From the human T2T-CHM13v2.0 reference genome, Homo sapiens, in the NCBI RefSeq assembly GCF_009914755.1, contig NC_060936.1: a DNA stretch of 64,000 nt, one strand, 5' to 3'. The notes beneath the pieces were generated by a model that saw only the letters and a list, made by a program, of their open reading frames with translations, was not told the origin of the DNA and did not search any database. Below are positions 28,225-43,858 of this stretch, one piece after another (position 1 is the stretch's first letter; every line of letters begins with the position of its first letter). A program made the position numbers and the translations under genes.

Positions 28225-29372
28225 CTTAATTCATTCATCAAACATTTTTTCAAGGAACTCTTATGTCCCAGGCATTGTTCTGGGTACTGAAAAGCAGCAG
28301 TTAAAAAAAAAAAAAAGAGAATGACAAAAGTCCCCAACCTCAAAAAGCATACATTCTAATGGAGGGAGACAACAGAAAACAAGTGAGTACAAATAAAATG
28401 TCATATGGTGGTAAGTGTGAAGAAGAAAATAAAGCTAGGGTCTGAGAGGCAGCACTGCAATTTTAAAGAGAATGCAGCTTTAAATAGACTGCACCTTTAA
28501 ATAGACCTGAGCAAGACTGCAACGTTTAGGCTGGGATGGCTGTAATCCCAGCACTTTGAGAGGCTGAGGTGGGAGGATCACCTTGAGGTTGTTAGAGGCT
28601 TCGTGAGCTACGATCACGCCACCGCACTGCAGCCTGGGACACAGCTCAAGATCATATCTTAAATAAATAAATAAATAAAACAAAGAAGGCAACATTTAGC
28701 AAAGACTTGAAGGCAAGGAGGACATTCTTGAGGAAGAGTACTCCAGGCAAAGGAACCAACAGGAGCAACAGGTAAGGCATGTGTGGCGGGGCATGCACGG
28801 TGTGTGTGAGGAACAGCAACAAGGCCAATGTGGCTGAAGCGAAGTGAGCAAGGCAGGGCGAAACAAGGCAAACCACCAGAGGGGCAAAAAAGGAGCACAT
28901 AAATTATACAGGAGCTTTTAGCTACTCCAGAGACTTTGGCTTTTGCTCTGGCTAATGGGAAACTGTCGGGGAGTTTTGAGAAGAGAAGTGCCATGATCTT
29001 ACATTGTGAAGAGATCAGTATGCCTACTGTTAAGAGGCTACTTCTGTAATCCAGAGGAGAGATAATGGTGCCTTTGAGCATGGTGATATTTGTGGCAGTA
29101 GTGAGAAGTAGGTGGATCCTGGATATTTTTTAGTGTAAAATCAACAGGATTTGCAGATGGATGTGATGTGATGTGTAAGAGCGAGAGAAGAATCAAGAAT
29201 GACACCCAAGTGTTTGGCTTGAGTGATGGAAAGTCTAGACTTGCCATTTGCTGAGATAAGAAACACATATTGGGAAAAACAGAGGTAGAGAGGAAGAAAT
29301 CACACGTTCAATACTGGCTACGTTAAGTTCGATATCCTTATTTATCAGGTATCTAAACAGCGATGTTGAATA
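28225..29372 (-). mobile_element. L2, interrupted by an Alu monomer
   Basis: attcattcatcaaacatt...ccaggcattgttctggg; gaatcaagaatgacacccaag. Confidence 0.8.
28528..28680 (+). mobile_element. Alu monomer (FAM/FRAM-like or internally deleted AluJ) with (TAAA)n tail
   Basis: tgtaatcccagcactttg...gtgagctacgatcacgccaccgcactgcagcctggg. Confidence 0.8.
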
Positions 29373-29373
29373 A

Positions 29374-29784
29374 TGTCTTAGTTCACTTTGTGTTGATATA
29401 AATAACTACCTGAGACTGAATAACTTATACAGAAAACAGGTTTATTTGGCTGACAGTTCTGCAGACTGTACAAGAAGCATGGCACCAGCATCTGCTTCTG
29501 GTGAGGACCTCAGGAAGCCTCCAATCGTGGCAGAAGGGGAAGGGGAGTGGGCATTACATGGCAAGAGGAGGGAAGCAAGAGAGAGAGAGGGGCAGGTGCA
29601 AGGCTCTTTTTTAACAATCAGATCTCCCAGGAACCAACAGAGGGAGAACTAAGTTATTATGCAAGGACAAATGTTCATGAAAGATCCTGAATGTCCCAAA
29701 TACCTGCCTCCAGGCCCCACCTCCAACATTGGGGAACAAATTATAACATAAAATTTAGAGGGTACAAATATTTAAAGTATATCA
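29374..29784 (-). mobile_element. MST-type MaLR solo LTR
   Basis: tacctgagactg...catggcaccagcatctgcttctggtgagg...ggccccacctccaacattgggg. Confidence 0.88.
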
Positions 29785-30584
29785 AAGAAAGAGTTTGCTT
29801 TAAGCATCATCTCTGTTCTGAATATATTACTTATAGCTGAGTGTTTCTGTAGTAATGAGACATTTGAATTGTTTCTTGGTGCAAACCATGTTTATGAACT
29901 TCTACAAGAAGTTCAGAACCTCAACACTGCTTTCAGGAAAAGCAAACTAGTAACAGTAAGATATCAGTTGTGTGCTTCTGATGTAGAAAAAGAGTCCCAA
30001 AATAGAGCTAACTCTGTCTAGAAAAGCTGCAAGAGGTTACCAAAGAGTAAAACCAAAGATTTTACTGCAGTGAGCTATTACACAGGCAGTGGTTTTAGGG
30101 TCTTCGCACTCTTTGGTGCTAAGTATAAATCGGTTTGATTTTCAAGCACAAGAGAAAACAATGTTTCTTGTGCCAGGTATGTATTTATGCACAAACTAGT
30201 TTGAAAGGCTTCAGCGTGAATGCCCAAATTACAATTGACCTCTGTTAGTCTCAGCAGTAGCACCAAGAAATGGAGCATAAGAAATGAAAAGAAAGAAATG
30301 TCAGGATACATTTGTAGCAACAGAGAAATGGCGGTGAGAAAATCTCAGGAAATACAAAGCTTACAGTAAAATTAAAAATCTAAATGCCTGCTGGAGAAAG
30401 GTGGTAATGTCAATGGGTAAAGCCAGCCTAGCACACACACAATAACAGGAAGTGGTGGGGACTGCGGTGACCTGCAGGGCAGGCACTGGTGGGAAGTGGG
30501 GAGGGCTGAAGCTACAAAAGGTGGGGGATGTTCTCCGTTGCCAAGTAGGACTAGGAGGAAGCACAGTGCAGACAGATTTTGCCT

Positions 30585-30740
30585 TATTTCCAGAAAAGCC
30601 AGAAATCTGGATATTTACATGAAATCTCCTGATTTTTAAATGTTGGCATTTAGTTCACATTTTCAAAAAACACTGTGGAAGCCAAACAAAACATATCTGC
30701 AGGCTGCTTTTGATCTGTAATTTCTAACTTTGCAACTTCT
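30585..30740. mobile_element. MER103-like hAT fragment
   Basis: aaatctcctgatttttaaatgttggca...gccaaacaaaacatatctgcagg. Confidence 0.6.
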
Positions 30741-32544
30741 AACTTTGCCATTTACATACAAACAGTTTTAATTATTGAGTAAACTGAGCCATTAAATCCC
30801 TACATAGTTATGACAATGATTTCCCCTACACAGAAGAAACAGAAGAAACCATTTTTTTATGACCTGAAGCTTCTGTTGCAGTATGAAATCATGTTATTCA
30901 AATACTAGCAGAGGAAAAGCAAAATAATAGAATAAAAATAATTCCTTTCCTTTTCAGAATTTTTACAAATGAAAGTTGTCAACTTTTATTACTACTTTTG
31001 CATAAATCTTCTGAAAGTTAAGTCACCATTAAACTAAATATGATGTGGAATAAGGTAGAGTTACGCTCTGCTGCTTCTGAAATAGGTTGACATTTTATAA
31101 GATTCTCCTGGAATATTCCTCTGAAGGATGTTGGGTTTCAGAAATCATATAAGCTGATGGAAAACGACTGGTTCTGACTGAAATGAACAAGTGGAAGGAG
31201 AGATTTTCATTATGACTAAGGCTATTTCATAGTCTTTCCCAGTAACTCATTTTCTCCATCATTCTATCTGGAAATCTTCATTGAAAAGCAAGAATACCAG
31301 ACAATTGGATAGATTTGAAGGAATGCTTAAACTCGATTCATTCTCATAGCCTAAGCAGGCCTCTGGACCATGCTTCAAGCACTGTGATTTGAGAGGAATC
31401 TGAGAAATGTTCTATCTTCCAGGGAAATTTCCTAAGAATCTTTTGCCCTGTGGTGGCTTTATTTCTACCTATACCTATAGATTTGGAGGAGAGAGGGTCT
31501 TCATTTTTCTCCTCTAAATTAATTGAGAGAATAGACATTCCTAGAGTGGGGGTAATATCTTAAAACCCTTACCAGCTAATGGTTAAGGCAGGAAAATGAC
31601 TTTTTGTTCCCCCAGCAGGAGCAGGGAGCCAACAGGGCAAGACTATAAAGTAATGGCAGAAGCTCCGGAAGTCTGGAAACAGTATGAACTGGAAGTGTCA
31701 GAGTGTCACTCAATTCTGCCTAGAGTAAGAGTTCAGACAGCCTTCAAATCACTTTGGATAAACACAGGAGGCAGCCAGGGAAACAAAGCACTGTGGAGTT
31801 CAGTGTTCATTGCCCGGATGGGCTGATGGGCTCGTTGAGGAGAGGGAGTTTATTTTAAACATCTTTTGTGCCTCTTTGCAATGCCTGGTGCAGGGTTAGG
31901 CATACATCTTAGATGTAATAAATACAAGTTTAAATGAGTACAACATCTTCAGATGGATTTGTGACTCTAGTGTCAGACTATTGTATATATTATCATTTGA
32001 CATTTCAAAATCATTTATATTCTATCATACTAAAAGGCTCACACATGCATGTATTGTTGAAGTTATTAATGGTTTCTTACCTAATTCAGGCACATTAAGT
32101 CTGCAGGTTAAATGCCAAGAAGTAGACTTTCAATATAACTAAAACATGCTCCTTAGAAGCAACCAAATTGTTTTAAGTATTTTAATTAAGATACTTATAA
32201 AATTACTGCACTCTTTCTTGCTTCACAAATTAGAGTTAAGTATAAAGAGCAAAACTGAACTATTTCTTAATCACTGCAAAAGATCATCCATCACATCTGT
32301 TGCATTAACACTTTAGGATTATTGTTGGTCTAGAGCATCTTACTTCAGTGCTCTACGGCTTAAAGCAGCTATGCTTTTTAGATCCTTTGCTTGCTTTTGA
32401 CAATTTTTCTGTCTCTTTCCTTACTGAAAATAGTCAGTGGATCTTTTACTATCACCCTCCCACCTTTCTTAATTTGCTAACTCTAACATGCAATGGCCTG
32501 AGAAACCAGATTTCTAAGCTTAATAGGAAGGTGTATCAAAGAAT

Positions 32545-32765
32545 AATAGCTCATACTTGTGCATTTTCTGTGTGCTAGGTTCTGTTCTGTGAATTTTAAA
32601 TAGGTAATCTGATTTAATCCTCTATGAACCCTACAATGAAAATACTATTTTACAGGTGAGAGAACTGACACAAAGAGCTTGAGAAACTTGCCAAGTTCAT
32701 ATAATTAGTAAGTAGGGGAGACACAATCTGTATTCAGGCCATCTGACCACTGTACCATGCTATGG
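32545..32765 (-). mobile_element. MIR
   Basis: ttttacaggtgagagaactga...aacttgccaagttca. Confidence 0.7.
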
Positions 32766-33616
32766 ATTGTTTTTGAGTAAAAGAATGGATGATTCTTTCA
32801 TTAATAAAATTCATGGATTGCAATGCATGGATTTTGTGACACCAATTGTGTTTATCTACAAGTCTTTAAAAAGTCCCTTCTGCTCTTCAGCTGTGTTCTG
32901 GATCGTTGATGTTAACATTTGGATGACCTCTGAAAAAGTCAGAGTTATGGTATTTTAAATGTAGGGAAGGCATTTATATTTTCTGGCTTAGTCTTTTCAC
33001 AAGATTAGTTTCAAAAGGTGAGTAGGGTTCTTGTTTGGTCTCATCAGTGATAAATCAAAATTTCCTCAGGTTCTTCAGGGAATTTAAAAAGTCCTCATTG
33101 CTTGAAATGAAAATAGAAAATGACTTCGAAGTTAGAGAGATTAAGGATAATTTTAGTAAACTTCACTCTCGCCCCCATTTTATACTAATCCCAAATCATT
33201 TCAGGAAAACTTTTAACAACTAGGGGAAAAGATGCATGGGGAGGGCTATGGAGGAAAAAGTGATGTTGGAAAAGCTTGGCTCAAGAGGAAGCTGCTGAAT
33301 GTAGGTTGGTCATTTACCTGAACTTCAGCAGGACTTACTTTGTGAACTTTGAGGAGATTTGCTGACATAAAGGTTAGAAGTGGTAAGCCTGGGGACAGAA
33401 GCTGCTGTTGAAAATGTGGTCCTCCAAAAAAGAAGGAAGTTCTTACACTGCCACGTGCTCCAGGGCAGCTGCCAGCTAGCCATGTGTTTGCTCAGTGATT
33501 TCTTTGGCACTTTGCAAGATCTTGCAGGATTTCAGGATATTAGTGTTTCCCCCGACTTACTCTTCATAAATGGTCTCTTTAGACACCCTTTGCTGCCAGT
33601 TAGCTCTATGTGAAAC

Positions 33617-33622
<6 letters not shown>

Positions 33623-33651
<29 letters not shown>
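33623..33651 (+). repeat. Poly(A) tract (A29)
   Basis: Homopolymer. Confidence 0.95.
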
Positions 33652-33653
<2 letters not shown>

Positions 33654-34369
33654 AGAGGATGTCTTTCTCTTTTCTATTGCTTTACCAGGTTAGAGAACAT
33701 TATTTCTCTTTGGAGGGTCATCTTATTACTTTTCTGTTGATCTTATTTATATTATTTTGTTGATTTTTCATTTCTCAAGGAGGAAAAACTCATCTGACCC
33801 CATGGTATAGATACTTTTTTGTTTGTTTCAAAGATCTGAAATATACAGTAATTTCTCAGTCTTGGATCATTTCTCTCTACCAAGTTAGATTATTAGTCAA
33901 CATTCCCACATGCCAATATGACTGTGCTTGACTGAATTACATCAGAAATGTATAATTCCAGTCAAGTTCTCATATTTGGTAGAGCATTTCTTTGGATAAA
34001 TTCTCTGGGTCTTAACTTCCTTTTTTTCCAAATGTTGTCTTAATAGCTCTGTAGTGAGAGGAAGCAATTCTGTTTAAGAAACAGCACATAAGGGAAGACA
34101 AAATAAGGACCAAGCCAGTAAACAGCAGCATGGGAACAAGCCTAGAGTAAAAAAAGAAGAGATCTCAGATCTGCTTGGGTTGGGTGTGCTGATGTCAGGA
34201 TTTCTATTGAATGGGATTCCCCAGCCATTGGGGGTGGGAGAGGGAGAAGTACTAACAGGGAAGCTGAATGTGCCACTGTTAGGTCAGATGAAAATGTGTG
34301 GGCAGGTAGTGGAAGATAGCGGCCTTCCCATCCTCCATGCCCCCCCCCACAGCATATGTGCAAAGTTCT

Positions 34370-34580
34370 GAGTGGGTAAGTGAGCTCTGGCATCAGAGTC
34401 CCTGAATCCAGATCCATTCACTGCCAGTTATTAACAAGTTATTTAACCATTCAAGGCCTCTATTTCCTTGTCTCTGAAATCAGGATAATATACCTGCCTC
34501 ATTGGGTTGCAGTGAGGAGTCAAGGAGATGGTTCAGGCAAAACACTTCGCACACAGCCTGACACATGGCTCAAGAATAAA
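34370..34580 (+). mobile_element. MIR
   Basis: caagttatttaacc...tacctgcctcattgggttgcagtgagga. Confidence 0.7.
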
Positions 34581-35324
34581 GCAATCAAGGATTTTTTTCT
34601 TTCTGTAAAGCATATATTATATGAAACGTTTGTCAGGTTCTTCACTCATTGTAAATTAGGCAAGGAGGAAAGGATAATACAGCATTGGTATGAGAGGAGA
34701 GAGAGGGAAAACAGGTGCCCAAAATGGAACAACCCCAATGAGATGGAGAACTGAAATACAGTCATGTGTCACTTAATGACAAGGATACACTCGGAGAAAT
34801 GCCTCTTTATGCAATTTCATCATTGTATAAGCATCACAGAGTGCACTTACACAAACCTGGGTGGTACAGCCTACTACACACCTAGGCTATACGATATAGC
34901 CTAATGCACTTAGGCTACAAACCTGTACACCATGGTACTGTAATGAATACTGTAGGCAGGTGTAATACAATAGTAAATACTTGTGTGTTTAAACATGTCT
35001 AAACATACAAAAGCTACAGTAAAAATAAAGTATAAAAAATTTTTAAAATGGTACACCTGTTTAGGGCACTTACCATGAATGGAGCTTGCAGAACTGGAAG
35101 TTGCTCTGGGTGAGTCAGTGAGTGAGTGGTGAGTGAATGTGAAGGCCTAGGACATTACTGTACACTACTGCAGACTTTATAAATACTGTACACGGACTCT
35201 ACGCTCAATTTATTTAAAAAGTTTTCTTCCTTCAACAATAAATTAACCTCAGCCTACTGTAACATTTTTACTTTATAAACTTTCATGTTTTAAAAATGTT
35301 TTGACTCTTGTAAGAACACATAGC

Positions 35325-35815
<491 letters not shown>

Positions 35816-36589
35816 TAAATTTTCTTATTTAAATTTTTTAAATTAAAAATTAAGACACAAGGACAGATTAGCCTAGGCTTGCAAAGTCAGGATCATCCAT
35901 ATCACTGTCTTCCACCTCCACATCTTGTCCCACTGGAAGGTCTTCAGGAGCAATAACACATGTAGTGAAGCTGTCATCTCCTAGGATAACAATGCATTCT
36001 TCTGAAATACCTCCTGAAGGACCTGCCTGATGCTGTTTTAAAGTTGATTTTTAAAATAAGTAGTAAGAATACACTCTAAGAATAAAACTTGAGCATGGTA
36101 GCTACATAAACCAGCAACATAGTTGTTTATTATCATTATCAAATATTATATACTGTACATCTGCTATACTTTTATAGGACTGGCAGCACAGTAGGTTTGT
36201 TTACAGCAACAGCATCTTAAACACATGAATAATACATTGTGTGACGACTTTGCAATGGCTACAACATCACTTAAGCAACAGGAATTTTTCAGTTCTATTA
36301 GAATTTATCAGAGTATCATCATATGTGTTGTCCATTGTTGACCAAATCGTTGATAGACAGAACAAGACTGTAGCTCCAAATGAAAAGAGTTAACAATGTG
36401 TACTATAAGAAAATAATTTGATTCTAATATTCTAGTGATTTTTTTTCTATGTTTTGCCTAAAGCTTTCAATCTCATGCTTGGCCTCATCTCATACATTTC
36501 ATCCTGTCCCTCTTCTTCCTTGTAAAAATTCCTACGAAGTTTCTCCTATCTCCTCCTTTCTCATTCTTGCTGTCTCTCCACATTCATTT

Positions 36590-37126
36590 TCTTATTTTGA
36601 TTTACGTTTAAGTTCAGGGGTACACGTGCAGTCTTGTTATATAGGTAAACTCGTGTCACGGGGGTTTGTTTACAGATTTTTTAGTCACCCAGGTATTAAG
36701 CCTAGTGCCCATCAGTTATTTTTCCTGCTCCTCTCCCTCCTCCTCACCCTCTGGTAGGCCCCAGTGTGTGTTGTTCCCCTTCATGTGTCCATGTGTTTTC
36801 ATCATTTAGCTCCCACTTATAAGTCAGAACATGCAGCATTTGGTTTGCTGTTCTTGCATTAGTTTGCTAAGGATAATGTCCTCCAACTCCATCCATGTTC
36901 CTGTAAAGGACATGATCTCATTCTTTTTTATAGCTGTATAGTCTTCTACAGTATGTATGTACCATGTTTTCTTTATCCAGCCTACCATTGATGGGCATTT
37001 GGGTTGATTCCATATCTTTGCTATTGTGAATAGTGCTGCAACGAACATACATATGTATGTGTATTTATGATAGCATGATTTATATTCCTTCGGGTATATA
37101 CCTAGTAATGGGATTGCTGAGTCAAA
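36590..37126 (-). mobile_element. 5'-truncated older L1PA: ORF2 C-terminus + 3'UTR
   Basis: ORF 36824-37171 contains AIPLLGIYPKEYKS...WNQPKCPS...WMELEDIILS of L1 ORF2. Confidence 0.93.
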
Positions 37127-38509
37127 TCCCACACCTATTTTCTTGCTCGTCATCCTTTCTAGTACCTCCACTATGACTTATTTATCTTTTGCTGCTCTTT
37201 GAAAGCATTGATCTCTCTATTTCTTTGTCCCTTCCAGGTCACAAGAAAGCTGTTTTTTTCTTTTTCCAATAAGCAAACCTCTTTTTCCTGCCCAATTAAC
37301 AAAATCCCTTGTAATCTCTGTTTTCGTAACTGTTATTATCTGCCTACCAATAGTTTATTATTTCTTGGCTAGTTTGTATTATTTGTGCCAGTTGGAAATG
37401 CTGATCAATGGCCAGTCACCTGCACACGTGCTAAATACAAATATTTGCTTACAGGCCTTTAGAGTTTCTGTATTTCAAAACCTTCATTAGAGAACAGTGC
37501 TGTGTGAACAATGGATATGTCCAATATCACTTATGAGAGATAAATAACAAGCACAATGTACTGTCTACAATGATACTTAGAGTAGCTCTTCTTCAATCAA
37601 AGACATTTTCGAATGTAAAAGTGTTAAAAATTTTCCAGGACAATTTAAGAACAATTGTCTAAATTATTCAATCATCAAAAATGATTTCTCTTGCCTTCGC
37701 CTAGCTAATTAAAGACAAACATGGGTTTGGGCCTTAGATTGCCCACTGACTGTTTATACTATTGAAATGAGCCAGCATATTGCCACCCCAGATTTTAACT
37801 TAAGTAAGAGTGCAGATGTGCATAAATGTATGATTTAATTAAAAGCAATTTTCCAAGGCCCTTGCGTGGTTAGATTCCTCTGTGGAATGGCAATATCAGT
37901 AGACAGGACCTATTTCTACTGCCATGGACTCCTCTTTTTCATTCATTTGAAGCAGAGGGGTAGATTTGTTGCAATAAGATAAAGAAGAAATAATTAACTT
38001 ACGTTTGGACTTTTTGTGACTTTGGCAAAGTTTATTCTGAAACACCAGATTCAAATCATTCTCGGGGCGACAGTAAGAATTTTCCCCTGCAGTCCTAACG
38101 CCTCAAAGCTTGCCCATTATATGGCATGTGCTTTTGGGAGTACCTACCCCTCATCTCTAAAATGGGGGAAATTTTGTAATAATTGGGTTTGGGGGAAAAG
38201 AAAAGGAGAAATTTGTTAGCAGTCAACAAATTTGGATTCTAAACCTAATGCCTTGTCTACCCCTGCTAATGTCTCTGTACATGTCTCTTAGATATTTTTA
38301 TTTCACTGTTTCCATCTATGAAGTAAGCTTGCCCTGGGTAACAGGCTACTGGGGAAAGCCAGAGAGTGGCCTGACCATATCAACATGAGGGGCTTCACTG
38401 AACAGCTCATTTTGTGATATGAAATGTTATTGATGGTAATAACAAGATTGATGTGGTCATGGTGGTGATCTAGTCAAATCTTTACCTAATGCTGAAAGCA
38501 ACATCTGCA

Positions 38510-38730
38510 TAGACTGTAGCGCCAAACTACTTGCCTTGGCATTTGATTTGCTGGGTGACCTTGGGCAAGTTAGTTAACCTCTCTGTGCTTCAGTTTCCTA
38601 ATCTCTAAAAAAGTACTAATAGACCTACCACACAAGATGATTGTGAGAACTATATTTGTCCACATGGATAAAGCTCTTACAACACTAACTGACATGATAA
38701 ATGCATTCTATAAGTATTAGCTATTATTTT
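38510..38730 (+). mobile_element. MIR
   Basis: gtgaccttgggcaagttagttaacctctctgtgcttcagtttcc. Confidence 0.85.
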
Positions 38731-40150
38731 GAGGGTACTCAGGCAGCCAAGATGTAAGGATACTATTACTCATTGGAAGGGTCCCTTAGCCTGAGACTCT
38801 TCTGCATTCTTTCCATGCAACCCAGGTCTAGGAAGCCCCAGTGATAGTTTAGGGTCATTGGGTTTTCCTGGTGAGCACGGCTATCCTGAACCAGACACTT
38901 CTAAACTTCCCCTATAATAGACCTACATCTGAAGGGAGAATGAAAGTCTACATCCCTGGACTTGGCCCATGGAGGCTTGGAGTTAGAGGGGCCAAATAAG
39001 CAGGGTTGGCTCATATCCCCAAGGTGTATGGGACCCCCAGGGCTGCCAGTAAACCAGGGCAATGGGTCATTCTGGATCCTGTTGGTGTGTTTGAGTGTCT
39101 CTCCCCTTCATCTCTTTACAATAGCTCTTTAAAAAGAGGATAACAAAGGAAAGAGAGGTCTTTAGATTTTTGCATTTTCTTTTAATGACATGTACGCTTT
39201 AGCTTAAATTTAAACGTTGGCATCCAACATTGGCGAGCAGCCAGTGTATCAATTCTCTCCACAGATGAGACATCAGTTATTAAAGTGGGCTCCAGAGCAC
39301 ACTATTTACTCCTCATTTATAATACTTCATTTTCTTCCTGAGTGATTGATAAATTCTGTCTACACACCACTGGGAAAGGATTGAGGAGGGAATCTTTCTG
39401 GATTCCAGATTTCCCTGACCCATTATCTCTTAATTATATCTCACTTTAGCTGATCATTTTAATAAGCTTTATTACAAAATGCCTTGATAAGCAGGTTTAA
39501 GAATTGTGTATGCTTCTCAAACCCAAAGGTAGCAAGAAAACCATCTGGCCCTTCTGGCCTCTCTCTACTTCAAAACGGAGTCTCCTCTTTTGGGCTCTAG
39601 GGGAAGCATCTAAATAAATAGTATCTGCCTCTGCCTTGCTCTGGGACCACCCTCAGGTGCTCCTGAGAATGACCTCTGAACTGTTCTCTTCACTCCGGTT
39701 TCTCTAACACTCTGCAGCCAAAATGATGCACCTTCCCTACTTAGCACTTTCCTCAGGTCAACTCGCTGCTCAGAAATCTCCAGTGGCCTCTTGTGTCCAT
39801 CCACCTCACATGTGAACCTCTTCCTGGCTTTTCGTTGTAGTCCGTGACCTGGGTTCACCTCGCTGTGCTCCTCGACACCTTATTTTCCAGTCCTCAGTTC
39901 CTATTCTCTACGTAAGGACCACCTGACCTTCTGCAGTGCTTATTCCCACTTCTCTGCCTTCATTTCTGTTGCTCCCTTAGTGTGGAGTGACTTTCTTCTG
40001 CTTAAGAGAAGCCTGCTCATTTTCTGAGGCTCAGATCAATTCCACTTTCTCCAGGAATTCTTCTCTCACTCCTCCAACAAACCCAATTCTCCTAGCCCTC
40101 AGGAGATCCCATTATCTACATTACATGGTACTTAGATATATGTTATCCTC

Positions 40151-40618
40151 TGTACCAGTCAGGATCTGGCAGAACAAACAGGACACAATCAGAATTTAAT
40201 GTAAAGACCGAGTGCTAAAGTATGGATAGGATGAAGGGAAATTGACAAGAGAAAATGAAGCACACTGGAGCTAGCAGCAGCAGGAAATCCTTACTACCTC
40301 TAGGCTTGAAGGGTCAAGGGGACTGGATGGTTTGCAAAACTCCAAGGGAATATCTACAGCTGGAGGAGAGGGCCTCCTGACAGGAGCTGAGGTCTTCTGG
40401 CAAGGGGCATAGCCAATCTTTGGCAAACCATCATGAAGGGAACCAGGGAGATAAATAGCCTGTCCTCACTGGCTTCCGTCTCTCACTAGTCAAATCCTTC
40501 TAGAAGTCAGTGGGCAAGGGAGCTCAGTGACACTGTTTAAAAAGCCTCCTGTGGCACAGAGCAGGGTGGAAAAGAGTAGAGAGTGAATCTGATGAGCAAA
40601 AGGAAAATATGCAGCACA
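40151..40618 (-). mobile_element. ERVL solo LTR (LTR41-like) within L2 remnants
   Basis: tgtaccagtcagg ... cagagcagggtggaaaagagtagagagtgaatctg...gcagcaca (TG...CA ends). Confidence 0.6.
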
Positions 40619-40766
40619 TGCTGTTTACTGTGCTGTTGAAATGTTTCCAGAGGTGTGGCTTTCCTCCTGAGCTAGGCTGAAAGCTCCTTGGGAATAGAGA
40701 CCATGGCTTGCATTTGGTTTTTATCTTCCACAGTGCTTAGTTCAATGTGACTTCGAAAGGGTGTAA

Positions 40767-41101
<335 letters not shown>

Positions 41102-41164
41102 TGAGGATTTCTTTTTAAGAGTCTGTTGTAATCTCTCACCTTGGGTTTGCTACCCACCCCCCGC

Positions 41165-41448
41165 TTTTTTTTTTTTTTTTTTTTTGAGACGGAGTCTCGC
41201 TCTTGTTGCCCAGGCTAGAGTGCAATGGCGTGATCTTGGGTCACTGCAACTTCCACCTCCCGGGTTCAAGCAATTCTGCCTTAGCCTCCTGAGTAGCTGG
41301 GATTACAGGCACCTGCCATCACACCTGGCTAATTTTTGTATTTTTAGTAGAGATGGGGTTTCACCATGTTGGCCAGGCAGGTCTTGAACTCCTAACCTCA
41401 GGTGATCTGCTTGCCTCAACCTCCCAAAGTGCTGGGATTACAGGCATG
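41165..41448 (-). mobile_element. AluS element (slightly 5'-truncated)
   Basis: Flanking repeat tgggtttgcta at 41142 and 41449. Confidence 0.93.
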
Positions 41449-41474
41449 TGGGTTTGCTATCTCTCTTTCTTCTT

Positions 41475-41792
41475 CTTCTTTTTTTTTTTCCTTTTTGAGA
41501 CGGTGTCTCACTCTGTCTCCCAGGCTGGAGTTCAATGGAACAATAACGGCTTACTGCAGGCTTGAACCCCTGGGCTCAAGTGATCCTCCCACCTCAGCCT
41601 CCCAAGTAGCTAGGACTACAGGCACATGTCACCACACTTGCCTAATTTTTGTTTGTTGTTTGTTGTTTGCTTTGTAGAGACAGAGTCTCCCTATGTTGGC
41701 CAGGCTGATCTCAAACTCCTGGGCTCAAGCAATCCTCCCACCCCAGCCTCCCAAAGTGCTGGGATTACAGGTGGAAGACACCACATGTGGTC
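41475..41792 (-). mobile_element. AluJ element
   Basis: ctgggctcaagtgatcctcccacc J-type diagnostics. Confidence 0.9.
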
Positions 41793-41809
41793 TGATGTCT
41801 CTTCAAATA

Positions 41810-42340
41810 TTTAAACCTCGATTTCCCAAATCACTCAAAATGAAATCCAAATTTGTTCATGTGGCCTGGTACCTGATTATGTCTCTGGCCTCATCTCTAT
41901 GACTTTCCCTCTTGCTGACTTCACTGCTCCAGCCACTTGCCCTCTTTGCATGCCCCAAACATGTTACCACCTCAGGGCCTTTGCATCTGCTGCTTCTTTG
42001 CATATCCTAGGCCTTCTGCCCAGAGATTCCCATAAGCTTCTCACTTCTTTCAAATCTGCTGAGATGTCACCTTATCAGAAAGGCCTTCACAGTAAGTAAG
42101 TTTAAGTAAAATAGTGCCCTCTCCAGCGTCTCCCTATCTTCTTACATCCCTTCATCTTCACCTAGTATTTATCCCCACCTGATGTGTGATATAGGCACTG
42201 TTTGTTAATTGTTATTCTCCTTGTGCTAGAATAGAAGATCCACGGAGCAAGGACTTGATCTGCTTTGTTCTGAATACCTAGATTAGTGCCTGACACATAA
42301 CATAATAGGAGCTTGCTAATCAATACATATAGAATTAATG
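41810..42340 (+). mobile_element. L2 3' fragment
   Basis: cctcagggcctttgcatctgct...agtgcctgacacata. Confidence 0.75.
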
Positions 42341-43537
42341 GATTAAGCCGCCAGTCAAGTTGGGTCCATTTTTACTGTGTATGAACAGTCTTAACAGTTT
42401 GAATGTAGGTGATTGCCCTTAGCCCATCCTTAGCTAAATAATTTCAGTTCCATTCAGTAAGGTTTTGTTGAATCTGTGCTAAGGCAGACCAGCAGCAGTG
42501 TCCAGTGTGGCTCTCACAGTGCTCACGGCACATACTTCTCCTCTCACTCACCACTTCTTAGCTAGGGGATGGCATGACTTTTGGTTAGAGTGGCACCAAA
42601 GACCCCATGACCTGGAACACCACAGAACTTTTTCCCTTTACTCTTCTCTGGTTTGCAAAATTGCACCATGGCTTCTCTCATAACAGATTCCCTAGTAGAG
42701 AATTTCAGAGTTTCTGTTGCTCCTTTTACATGTTCATTCCTCACCAGGTGCAAGGTCCAGCATGATCCCCAGGACCCAGGAATCAGCCTGTTCTTTGCTG
42801 GCTGCTCCCCGTGCAGCCCCATGGGCTTATCTCCTAGATGCTGACTCCACTGGCACCTACTTTATAAGCTGTGTCAATTGCGTGGCCACTAGCCTGAGAA
42901 GACTGGTCTGGAAGCCAGCTGCTGGGACCCTACCTAGTCATGGCGCTCCTGTCCCTTTGAAGCTCCTGGATATACTGGACACCACTCCTCTGACATTTGT
43001 CCTGCTGGATCAAAGGAAGAGGTTTCAGCAGAGGTCCCACTGGGCTTTGTCTATGAGCTTTTTATTAAAGTACTCCAATCTCCAGGATGTAGCTTTCTCT
43101 TTTCCCTGCTTACTGGTTTTAAACATTAACTCTGTCCTTAGGATGCAGTTGGAAGAAAAATCAGATGTATTGTTCCCAAGAAATTGCTGAATTAACTCTG
43201 CAGCCTTTCCAAATACCTAGATTGCCTTAGGAGGCAAATGTACCCCCCAACCTAGAATGGAGGAAACTGGCTCTGCAAGTGCCCTGACCGACATATAACC
43301 AACCTGCCCAAACACCTCATATCACCAACTTTCTAGCGGTATAGAAATCTCCTCTTGATTTCCACACCAGTAGTGGCCACAGAGCCACACTCCAGAGGCA
43401 AATTCAGATACCTTGTAGCCATTTGGTTATGACGGCCATGCCTCCTACTTCTGAAAAGTTTACATTAGTAGACTTTAGGCCATAAGGTCTTCATATTCTT
43501 TTCTAGGTAGTTCTGGACCTTGGTGATGGAGACATAG

Positions 43538-43858
<321 letters not shown>

